This document shows, in pieces, positions 1 through 7,447 of a DNA stretch of 32,000 nucleotides. The DNA lies in assembly GCA_963718915.1 (NCBI GenBank), contig CAVRAI010000014.1, positions 210,001-242,000 on the forward strand, in the 5' to 3' direction. This stretch comes from an uncultured Chloroflexia bacterium (GTDB lineage Bacteria; Chloroflexota; Ktedonobacteria; Ktedonobacterales; JADMIN01). Within the stretch, counting starts at the first letter, position 1. Every line of letters starts with the position of its first letter. The notes below the pieces were generated by a model. That model was not told where the DNA came from. It worked only from the letters and a program-made list of their open reading frames with translations, and ran no database searches. The translations under genes were made by a program, and so were the position numbers.

Positions 1-1266
1 GCCATCAGTCAGGCGACCGATACGCTGCTGCGCATCGAGGATGTGGTGGGCAAGCAACTAGTCTCCACGCGGCTGGCGGGCAATGTCATCGTCGAGGAGG
101 ATCAGGCGGCGGCGGCGCTCGAAGTGATGAGCCGGTTCGCGCTCGATCCGCGCTGGCTGATCTATCTGCCGCCGACGATGTCGCCCAGCGAGACATCACG
201 CCAGCCGGAATGGCTCGAATATCCCTCGGAGGCGTTCGGATACTTCCGTGGTCAGGGTGTGCCGCGCGTGGTCTGCGAGGAAAAGCACATGGGTAGCCGT
301 GCCGTGGTCGTGCTCTGCCGCGATCTGGCGACCGCCGCGCGCCGCTTCGGCGTCAGCGATAGCGCCGCCCCCGGCGCGTGCTACACCCGCACAGGCCGCC
401 GCTTCTTCGACGACGACGCGCTCGATACCGTATTCATCACCCGGCTCTCGCATGCGCTCACCACCGCTGGATTCTGGGAGCGTTTCAATACCGATTGGGT
501 CTGTCTGGATGCCGAATTGCTGCCGTGGAGCGCCAAGGCGCAGGGGCTGCTGCGCGAGCAATATGCGCCCAGTTGCCGCCGCTGGGCAGGCCGCGCTGGC
601 AATGGCGCTAGCCTCCGCCGAGTCGGCGCTGGCGCAGACCGCCGGAGTGAGCGGCGCTCATCGAGCGGCTGCGCGCCCGCCAGGAGAATATCGCGCGCTA
701 TGCCGACGCCTACCGCCGCTACTGCTGGGAGACGGACGGGCTGGATCGCGTGCGCCTCGCGCCATTTCATCTGCTCGCCACCGAGGGGCGCACCTACTTC
801 GACCGCGACCATCTCTGGCATATGCGCGAACTGGCGCAACTGGCGGAGGCCGATCCGCTCTTCCTCGCGACGAACTATCGCGCAGTCAACGTGCTGGACG
901 AGACGGAGTGCGCCGAGGCGGCGGCCTGGTGGGAGGCGGCGACCGATGCGAGCAGCGAAGGGATGGTCGTCAAGCCGCTCGACTTCATCGTCCGAGGCTC
1001 CCGTGGCCTCGTGCAGCCCGCGCTCAAGATTCGTGGCCGTGAATATCTGCGCATCATCTACGGGCCAGACTACACCGAGCCAGCCAACCTGGAGCGGCTG
1101 CGCCTGCGCGGGATTGCGCTTCAAGCGCGCACTGGCCGTCCGTGAGTTCGCCCTGGGTGTCGAGTCGCTGGAGCGCTTCATCCGCCGCGAGCCACTCTGG
1201 CGCGTGCACCAGGCGGTCTTCGCGGTGCTGGCGCTCGAATCGGAGCCGGTTGATCCGCGGCTGTGA
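1..1266 (+). pseudogene. pnkp: polynucleotide kinase-phosphatase (Pnkp) C-terminal ligase-like domain; 5'-partial at window edge, three +1 frameshifts
   Basis: Frame 1 is open from nt 1 and reads ...RVVCEEKHMGSRAVVVLCRD...WSAKAQGLLREQYAP. The sensible sequence continues in frame 2 (~570-655, VAAAGQAALAMALASAESALAQTAGVSGA). It then continues in frame 3 (~657-1112, LIERLRARQENIARYADAYRRYCWE...MVVKPLDF...IYGPDYTEPANLERLRLRG). It returns to frame 1 (~1114-1266, LRFKRALAVREFALGVESLERF...LALESEPVDPRL*). The EEKHMGSR motif and the ESEPVDPRL tail match my memory of bacterial Pnkp ligase domains. Confidence 0.6.
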
Positions 1267-1455
1267 GCCAGACCTATCGCGCTTGTGTTATCCTGAGTGG
1301 CAAATACCACGAAACGACACATTGAAGGGGGTGTTGTCCAAACGTCCAGCGGCTATGGACGAGAGATTCGGTCCTCTGCTGTCTCTGAAGTCACTGAACC
1401 GACTGTAGATTTCTGAGTCACCGATGTTGGTGAACACACACAGGAGGCATCTGCT

Positions 1456-3261
1456 ATGTCCTGGTTCAAACGCAAAACAACCACTGCTGGGCCCGCTGTT
1501 GCCACGCCCGCCGCAGAACCTGTAACTCCGTCTCCGTCTCCGTCTCCGTCTCCAACTCCAGCGCCCGTGGTGGCTCCCGCTGCCCAGTCTCCGACGCCGA
1601 CAAGCAACGGATCGTCCATCGCGACGACAATGATGGACTATCCGCTAACGCTGCAATACGCCGCCGACCGCGCCAAAAACTATTTCGCCAACCGCGAGAT
1701 CGTGACCCTGACGGCGGACGGCTACGACCGGACGACCTATGGCCAGGTCTGCGACCGTGCGCGTCAGATGGCGAGCGCGCTCGAAAAGCTGGGCATCAGG
1801 CAGGGCGACCGCGTGGCCACGCTGGCCTGGAATACCGCGCGCCACTTCGAGCTATATCTCGGCGTTCCCTGCATGGGCGCTGTGCTGCATACGCTCAACC
1901 TGCGGCTGCCGCTCGATCAGTTGACGTTCATCATCAACGACGCCGCCGACCGCGTGATCTTCATCGACGCCGACCTGATGCCGATTCTTGAGAAAGTCGC
2001 GGGCCAAATCCCGTCGGTGGAATATCTCGTCGTCATGAACGGCCAGGCCAGCCCCGCAGCCGAGGGTCTGCCAAAGGTGCTGGACTATGAGGAGTTGTTA
2101 GCCACCGGCTCGCCCGACTATACCTGGCCAGAGCTGGATGAGCGCGCCCCCGCCGCGATGTGCTACACCTCCGGCACGACCGGCAACCCGAAGGGCGTCG
2201 TCTACAGTCATCGCTCGTCGCTGCTGCACGCGCTCACGGTAACGCAGGCTGATACGATAGCCCTCTCCGAGCGCGACGTTGCCATGCCGCTGGTGCCGAT
2301 GTTCCACGTCAACTGCTGGGGGCTGCCACACGCGGGAACGCTGGTGGGCTGCAAGTTGGTGCTGCCGGGGCGCTTCATGACGCCGGATCGCACCTCCCAG
2401 GCGATGGTGGACGAAGGCGTGACGCTCTCGGCGGGCGTGCCGACGCTCTGGCTTGGACTGCTCCAGGTGATGGCGCAGCGGCCCGATCTCAAGTTCCCCA
2501 AACTCAACCGCGTCGTCATCGGTGGCTCCGCCTGCCCGGTCTCGCTGATTCAGGCATTGGAGGCGAACGGCATCCCGGTGCTACACGCCTGGGGCATGAC
2601 CGAGACCTCGCCGATTGGCACCGTCTCGCGGCTGCTTTCGACGCTCGAGGATCTGCCACAGGACCAGCGGATAGCCTATCAGGCGAAGCAGGGCCGTGTC
2701 GTGCCAGGCGTCGAGCTGCGCATCGTCGATCTGGGGTCGGGCGAAGTCGTTCCCTCAGACGGCGAGACCTTTGGCGAGATACAGGTGCGCGGGCCATGGA
2801 TTACCGGCAGCTATTACCACGCCGACAACGCCGAGATGGGCCAGGACAAATTCATGGACGGCTGGTTCCGCACGGGCGATGTGGCGACGATGGACGCCGA
2901 GGGCTACATGCAGATCGTCGACCGCACCAAAGATGTGGTGAAGTCGGGTGGCGAGTGGATCTCGTCGGTGACGCTCGAAAACGATATCATGGGCCATCCG
3001 CAGGTGCTGGAGGCGGCGGTGATCGCGCTGCCGCACCCGAAGTGGCAGGAGCGCCCGATTGCGGTGGTCGTGCCCAAGCCGGATGCGGTGGGCCAACTGA
3101 CCGAGGCCGACATCATCAGCTATCTGGAGCCGCGTGTCGCCAAATGGTGGCTGCCTGACCGCGTGATCTTCGTCGAGGCGATCCCGAAGACCAGTGTCGG
3201 CAAGTTCGACAAGAAGGTGATGCGCGCGCAGTTGGCCTCAGAGGTGAAGCTCGGCGAATAA
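1456..3261 (+). CDS. long-chain fatty-acid--CoA ligase (AMP-dependent synthetase, Thermus ttLC-FACS-like) with a 58-aa Pro/Ser/Thr/Ala-rich N-terminal extension
   Basis: 601-aa ORF. AGGAGG at 1442-1447 lies 8 nt before the ATG. Motifs YTSGTTGNPKGVVYSH, GMTETSP, GWFRTGD, SGGEWISS and PKTSVGKFDK. The core begins at MMDYPLTL (nt ~1630), which has no SD. Confidence 0.9.
   Translation: MSWFKRKTTTAGPAVATPAAEPVTPSPSPSPSPTPAPVVAPAAQSPTPTSNGSSIATTMMDYPLTLQYAADRAKNYFANREIVTLTADGYDRTTYGQVCDRARQMASALEKLGIRQGDRVATLAWNTARHFELYLGVPCMGAVLHTLNLRLPLDQLTFIINDAADRVIFIDADLMPILEKVAGQIPSVEYLVVMNGQASPAAEGLPKVLDYEELLATGSPDYTWPELDERAPAAMCYTSGTTGNPKGVVYSHRSSLLHALTVTQADTIALSERDVAMPLVPMFHVNCWGLPHAGTLVGCKLVLPGRFMTPDRTSQAMVDEGVTLSAGVPTLWLGLLQVMAQRPDLKFPKLNRVVIGGSACPVSLIQALEANGIPVLHAWGMTETSPIGTVSRLLSTLEDLPQDQRIAYQAKQGRVVPGVELRIVDLGSGEVVPSDGETFGEIQVRGPWITGSYYHADNAEMGQDKFMDGWFRTGDVATMDAEGYMQIVDRTKDVVKSGGEWISSVTLENDIMGHPQVLEAAVIALPHPKWQERPIAVVVPKPDAVGQLTEADIISYLEPRVAKWWLPDRVIFVEAIPKTSVGKFDKKVMRAQLASEVKLGE
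1528..1551 (+). repeat. (CCGTCT)x4 in-frame hexanucleotide microsatellite encoding PSPSPSPS
   Basis: ccgtctccgtctccgtctccgtct read directly, inside the N-terminal extension of the acyl-CoA ligase ORF. Confidence 0.9.
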
Positions 3262-3283
3262 TGGCCAGCTAGCTTTTCAGGAG

Positions 3284-3318
3284 CGCCTCTCTCCGTTGCT
3301 GGGGAGGGGCGTTTTCTT
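3284..3318 (+). terminator. intrinsic terminator of the acyl-CoA ligase gene
   Basis: 11-bp stem CGCCTCTCTCC / GGGGAGGGGCG (two G-U pairs), 6-nt loop, then TTTTCTTGTG. Lies 22 nt after the stop codon. Confidence 0.7.
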
Positions 3319-3470
3319 GTGCCAGTGCATCTATGAGCTATCGCACAGTATTTCTGTGATGCTCACCGTAGGGCGAGACTTGACAAGCATGCAATCATAG
3401 CGTCATCGAATTATTGTGATTGCGTCGGTTCGGGATATGCGCCCGTGGGCAGCGCGTGCAGGGGTGGCTC

Positions 3471-3574
3471 GCCGCAGGCTAAAGCCCTGCGGCTAATCCT
3501 GACTCTCCAGGTCTCCTTATGCAAGGAAGGCCAGAACGGTGGCTCAGGGATTAGCCGTGGTCTTCAGGCCACGG
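3471..3574. repeat. two inverted hairpin units of dispersed repeat family A (GGATTAGCCG...)
   Basis: 3471-3499 is gccgcaggctaaagccctgcggctaatcc, the reverse complement of 7558-7586. 3548-3574 is ggattagccgtggtcttcaggccacgg. Both units are preceded by ggtggctc. Confidence 0.8.
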
Positions 3575-3700
3575 TGCGCGGCTTTGCCGCGCTGATGGGA
3601 TAGCTCTCCCGAACTGACGGGTTTTTGCGTTGAAACAGGATGATACCGGGAGGGGAGAAGATACCTGGTCATCTTGCAACGCGCCGTGAAAGGGCCTCCG

Positions 3701-4786
3701 ATGACGCACTTCTTCTTGTCATCATGGAAGCGACCCAGGACAGGACTCCTCATTCTTTGTCTCTCGTTGATGCTCGCCCTGGCTGCCTGTGGGAGCAGCA
3801 CGACACCAGGGACGGGCGATCTCACCGCTGGCGCGAATCCAACTGCTACCACCACCAGCGGAGGCAGCGGCTCGCCGACCGCGACAACCAGCACAGGTGG
3901 CGGCTCGCCCACCGCGACGCCATCGGGCAGCGGCACGCCGGATGCGGTGGCTCCGCCGTTCTTCTTTACCGTCCGCGCGACCGTCAGCAATAGTGTCGGT
4001 GACTACACCCTCATCGACAACGTCGTCACGAATGGCGACCCTGGCCTCGTCCTCTTCGTCACGGCGAACTACAACCCGAATGGCGCTGGCGGGGTCTATG
4101 ACAACCATCCGCTGGGGGTCTTTTACATCAGCGGAACCACCAACAAGTGGGCGATCTATCATGATGACAAGACACCCTACATCATCAATGCCAGCTACAA
4201 CGTCTGGGCACGTGAGACCAGCCAGCCCGGCACGTTCATCTGGCGCGCCAGCGCGGCCAACAGCGCGGGGGACTACACCATCATCGACAATCCCGCCACG
4301 AACGGCAACCCCAACGTCGTCATCCTGGTGACCCACAACTGGAATCCCGGCGGAGTCGCTGGCATCTACGAGAATCACCGGCTGGGCGTCTACTATATCG
4401 GGGGAACCACCAACAAGTGGGCGATCTACCATCAGGACACGACACCCTACACGCTCAACGCCAATTACAACGTCTACGCGACGGTCGCCGACGGCGCGAC
4501 GCGGTTCGTGGCGCACGCCTGCTCCGCGCCGTGTACCTACGACTACATCACATTCAGTAGCTCGGCGTCGAACAACAAGCCTGGCGCCATCGTCTTTGCC
4601 ACGGCGAACTGGAATCCCGGCGGCACGGGCGGCGTCTATGATGACCACAACCTGGGCGTCTTCTATTCCAGCGGCTACCTGCGCTGGGCGGTCTATCACC
4701 AGGATCAGGCGGCCTACATCGCCAACTCCTCCTTCAATGTGGTGATCCCGCAGACCGGGCGAGTGAGGGCAGACCTCACCCCCTAG
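3701..4786 (+). CDS. secreted lipoprotein with a Thr/Gly/Ser/Pro linker and three tandem ~83-aa repeats of an unnamed domain
   Basis: ATG at 3701 (the ORF track opens at TTG 3674). Signal peptide LLILCLSLMLALAAC has a lipobox-like LAAC. Three repeats carry GDYT.IDN..TNG.P..V..VT.NWNPGG..G.Y.NH.LGV.Y...T.KWAIYH.D...Y..N..YNV. Confidence 0.8.
   Translation: MTHFFLSSWKRPRTGLLILCLSLMLALAACGSSTTPGTGDLTAGANPTATTTSGGSGSPTATTSTGGGSPTATPSGSGTPDAVAPPFFFTVRATVSNSVGDYTLIDNVVTNGDPGLVLFVTANYNPNGAGGVYDNHPLGVFYISGTTNKWAIYHDDKTPYIINASYNVWARETSQPGTFIWRASAANSAGDYTIIDNPATNGNPNVVILVTHNWNPGGVAGIYENHRLGVYYIGGTTNKWAIYHQDTTPYTLNANYNVYATVADGATRFVAHACSAPCTYDYITFSSSASNNKPGAIVFATANWNPGGTGGVYDDHNLGVFYSSGYLRWAVYHQDQAAYIANSSFNVVIPQTGRVRADLTP
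3959..4747 (+). repeat. three tandem coding repeats (about 3959-4210, 4232-4480, 4499-4747) within the lipoprotein gene
   Basis: Repeats 1 and 2 share long near-identical nucleotide runs, e.g. accaccaacaagtgggcgatcta(t/c)cat. Repeat 3 is more diverged. Confidence 0.85.
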
Positions 4787-4811
4787 CCCCCTCTCCCACG
4801 AGGAGAGGGGG
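4787..4811 (+). terminator. perfect 10-bp G/C hairpin directly after the lipoprotein stop codon (no U-tract)
   Basis: CCCCCTCTCC (4787-4796), loop cacga, GGAGAGGGGG (4802-4811). Confidence 0.4.
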
Positions 4812-4843
4812 AACCAGACACCACACACGGACGCGGACTCCGG

Positions 4844-4957
4844 CTCTGGCTCCCCTCCCCGCGCCGGGGGCTGGTGCGCGAGCCGTCAGGCGAGAAGCGC
4901 GCGACGAGCGCGCGGAGCTCCAGCGGCCCGAAGGGCGGGGTTGGGGGAGAGGTCCGC
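4844..4957. repeat. dispersed repeat family C copy carrying a ~67-bp internal insertion
   Basis: ctctggctcccctccccgcgccgggg (4844-4869) and ggggttgggggagaggtccgc (4937-4957) are contiguous in the 48-bp copy at 7634-7681. Confidence 0.8.
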
Positions 4958-4963
4958 GCCACC

Positions 4964-4992
4964 TTGAATGCTATTGCCCCAGATGTTACACT
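4964..4992 (+). promoter_or_regulatory. sigma70-like promoter upstream of the TIR gene
   Basis: TTGAAT (4964-4969), 17-nt spacer, TACACT (4987-4992); 48 nt before the ATG at 5041. Confidence 0.4.
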
Positions 4993-5040
4993 GGCAGGGC
5001 AGCCGGACGGCATATATCTGTAGCACAGGGGTCGGCCATC

Positions 5041-5784
5041 ATGAGCGAGACGGATTCCTACAAAATCTTCATCTCCTATCGCCGCGACGACACTCAGGCG
5101 ACCGTTGACCACATCTATGACTGGCTGGTGCGCGCGTTTGCCCGCGAGCTAGGCGCCAAAGCCATCTTCAAAGACGTGGACGCGATTCCAGTGGGCTATG
5201 GCTTTCCTGGCGTGGTTGCCAGCAAGATGCGCCAGTGTCGCGTGGCGCTGATTGTGATTGGCCCCTCCTGGACAACGCTGCTCTCGCATGATGATCCCTA
5301 CACGGGGCAGCCGCGTCTCAACGACCCGGCCGATAACGTGCGTGTCGAGGTGGAGCAGGCGCTGGTGTTGGCCCCGATGAACGAAGCGGGGGAGCCTGCC
5401 AGTCAGCTCCTCCTGATTCCGGTGCTGGTGCAGGGCGCACGCATGCCCCGCGCGGAACAGTTGCCCGAGAGTCTTCGTCCACTGACCCTGCGCAACGGCA
5501 CGCCGATTCGTCCTGACCCCGACTTCGCGCACGATACCTGGCGGCTTATCACGCGGATGGCGGACTGGATGGGCGTGACCGCTGACGACCCGCGTGGTGG
5601 ACATGTCACGCCGCCCGTCGTCACGCCTCCGCCATCGTCTCCAACGCCCGCCGATCCGATAGCCGACCTGCTGGCGCGCTTCCTGCCACAGCTGCGCGCC
5701 GCCTTCGACGCGCAAGACTGGCCGCAGGTGGCGCGGCTGGCCGCCTTCATCCAGCGCAGCGTCCCTGCCGAGCGGCTGCCCTAA
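5041..5784 (+). CDS. TIR domain protein; an intact ORF that is the N-terminal fragment of a disrupted TIR-TPR-FGE gene
   Basis: YKIFISYRRDD start motif, then ...CRVALIVIGPSW... and NVRVEVEQAL (candidate catalytic Glu region), then a Pro-rich linker. The stop at 5782 follows a CCC run. Deleting one C gives ...ERLPNEVYAMQGRALMAERDYAGA, continuous with the next ORF. Confidence 0.8.
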   Translation: MSETDSYKIFISYRRDDTQATVDHIYDWLVRAFARELGAKAIFKDVDAIPVGYGFPGVVASKMRQCRVALIVIGPSWTTLLSHDDPYTGQPRLNDPADNVRVEVEQALVLAPMNEAGEPASQLLLIPVLVQGARMPRAEQLPESLRPLTLRNGTPIRPDPDFAHDTWRLITRMADWMGVTADDPRGGHVTPPVVTPPPSSPTPADPIADLLARFLPQLRAAFDAQDWPQVARLAAFIQRSVPAERLP

Positions 5785-5785
5785 C

Positions 5786-6455
5786 GAGGTCTACGCGATG
5801 CAGGGGCGGGCGCTGATGGCCGAGCGCGACTATGCCGGAGCAAAGACCGCCTGGGATACCGTGCGGCAACGTGACCCACTCGATGTCGTGGCGCTACGTG
5901 CCGCCGCCGATGCCCGCATCGCGCTAGGCGAGAAGGTCGCACGCCCTGCCGCTGCTCGACGACGCGCTCACGCTCACATCAGATCGCGCTCAGCGGCTGG
6001 CGTTACTGCGTATCTACGCCAGCGTGCTCGCCGATGTCGCCCGCGCCGAGCAGGGAAGAACGCTGCCAGCGCCCAATCCCACTGGACGACGCTGCTCCGG
6101 GTGGCCAATGAGGGGCTGACCCTGGCGGGAGAGGGTGACCCGGGCTGGCAGACGACGAGGCTGGAGGCGCTCGCTGGGCTGGGACGCGACGGTGAGGCGC
6201 TGGAGGTGGCCCGCGTGCTAACCGCCCGGCAGGACGCCACCGCCGCGCTCTGGCTGACCCGCGCCCGACTGGCGTGGAAGCTGGCGGGCGAGATCGCCCA
6301 CCGACGAGGTGCGCGCCGCCCTCGACGCCGCCAGTCGCCTGGCGCCAAACGACCCGACCATCACCCAGGCGCGGCAGGAACTGCTGGTGATCCTCAAGCC
6401 TGATCGCTTCCCGCCACGGCTGGCAGAGTTGGGGTTCACTGCTCAGGAAGCGTGA
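5786..6455 (+). pseudogene. TPR-like helical-repeat middle segment of the disrupted TIR gene
   Basis: Sensible sequence hops frames. Frame 2: MQGRALMAERDYAGAKTAWDTVRQRDPLDVVALRAAADARIALGEKV. Frame 3: HALPLLDDALTLTSDRAQRLALLRIYASVLADVARAEQG. Frame 2: WTTLLRVANEGLTLAGEGDPGWQTTRLEALAGLGRDGEALEVARVLTARQDATAALWLTRARLAWKLAGEI. Frame 3: PTDEVRAALDAASRLAPNDPTITQARQELLVILKPDRFPPRLAELGFTAQEA, then TGA at 6453. Confidence 0.65.
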
Positions 6456-7190
6456 GTGGCGTCAAGTTCATCCTACCCGCCGGTCTGCGCCGTGCCCGCG
6501 GGCGAGTTCCTCATGGGCAGCGATCCCAGACGCGGATAAGGATGCGCAGGCCAGCGAGCAGCCGCAGCATCGCGTCAATCTGGCCGCCTTCTCGATCGGC
6601 CGCTTCCCGGTGACGGTGGCCGAGTACGCCTGCTTCGTCGAGGCGACGCAGCAGCGCCAGCCAAATGATTGGCCGAACCAGATGCAGAAAGCTCGATCAT
6701 CCCGTCGTCTATGTCTCCTGGGATGACGCCGTCGCCTATGCCGCCTGGCTGGCGCGGACGACCGGGCAGCCCTGGCGCTTGCCGACCGAGGCGGAATGGG
6801 AGAAAGCGGCCCGGTGGGACCAGCGCGACGGGCGTCGCGCGTCTCTATCCCTGGGGTGATACGTTCGACCAGTCGCGTGCCAATACCAGCGAAAGCGGCA
6901 AGGGCGGCACAACCGCCATCGGCAGCTATCCGAGCGGGGCCAGCCCATACGGCGCGGAGGAGATGGCGGGCAACGTCTGGGAGTGGACGCACAGCCTCTA
7001 CAAACCGTATCCATACACTGTGAGTGATGGTCGTGAAATGGAGAATTCCACTGAGAATCGAGTGCTGCGTGGCGGTTCGTGGGGCGACGACCAGCAGTCG
7101 CGCGCGCGGCCTTCGCACGGCCTCAGGCCGGTCATCCTCGACATTGGTATCGTCTCGTTGTCGGCCTCGGCTGGTTCTAGTAGCCATTAA
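6456..7190 (+). pseudogene. FGE-sulfatase / SUMF1-type (C-type lectin fold) domain, frameshifted; C-terminal part of the disrupted TIR gene
   Basis: The following pieces lie in different frames: VPAGEFLMGSDP; [40 protein letters not shown]; [41 protein letters not shown]; LYPWGD...YGAEEMAGNVWEWTHS...RVLRGGSWGDDQQ. An alternative frame then gives ARAAFARPQAGHPRHWYRLVVGLGWF* (stop 7178-7180). Confidence 0.75.
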
Positions 7191-7260
7191 CTCTGGTTCT
7201 TGATTTCTCAATCACGCTCATGTAAGTGTATCGGGTATATCGTGCGGGTTTCTGGTTCTG

Positions 7261-7292
7261 TCCGCGCGAGCGCGGAAATTCGCGGATTTTTT
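7261..7292 (+). terminator. intrinsic terminator-like hairpin with T6 tract
   Basis: TCCGCG (7261-7266) pairs with CGCGGA (7281-7286), followed by TTTTTT (7287-7292). The loop can pair internally. Confidence 0.55.
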
Positions 7293-7342
7293 GTGAGCGC
7301 CGAGGGGTAGTTTGGAATCCCGTGCGTGTGAGAGGATGTCCT

Positions 7343-7447
7343 ATGGATGATGTCCCTGAAACACCATCACTCTATGATCGTCTCTGCTCCTTCGAGAATC
7401 TCCTGCCGTATCGCGCGCCGTTCGCGGCGATAGGTGCTGGCGGTTAA
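7343..7447 (+). pseudogene. N-terminal stub of a reverse transcriptase (DGR / retron-type), truncated after ~30 codons
   Basis: ATG at 7343 encodes MDDVPETPSLYDRLCSFENLLPYRAPFAAIGAGG*. The L(Y/W/F)(D/E)x(I/L)xSFENLLxAYR pattern matches RT N-termini I remember, e.g. Bordetella Brt ...LIDQITTWENLLDAYRK. The reading frame runs into repeat family B at 7447. Confidence 0.45.

Noticed and set aside
5798-6403. 201-aa ORF taken at face value as an independent Arg-rich protein
   Set aside because: Only parts of it read sensibly. The Arg/Ala-rich stretches (ARPAAARRRAHAHIRSRS..., HRRGARRPRRRQSPG...) are out-of-frame translation of TPR-like sequence that is readable in neighbouring frames.
6468-7211. 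247-aa minus-strand ORF
   Set aside because: It is antisense to clearly recognisable FGE-sulfatase domain sequence. The Arg/Ala/Pro-rich translation is typical of shadow ORFs in high-GC DNA.
7191-7260. Possible DGR template repeat between the FGE-domain gene and the RT stub
   Set aside because: Only ggtat..cgt and the 8-mer CTGGTTCT (7171, 7193, 7252) are shared with the putative variable region. There is no ~100-bp alignment with adenine-specific differences, so no TR can be claimed.
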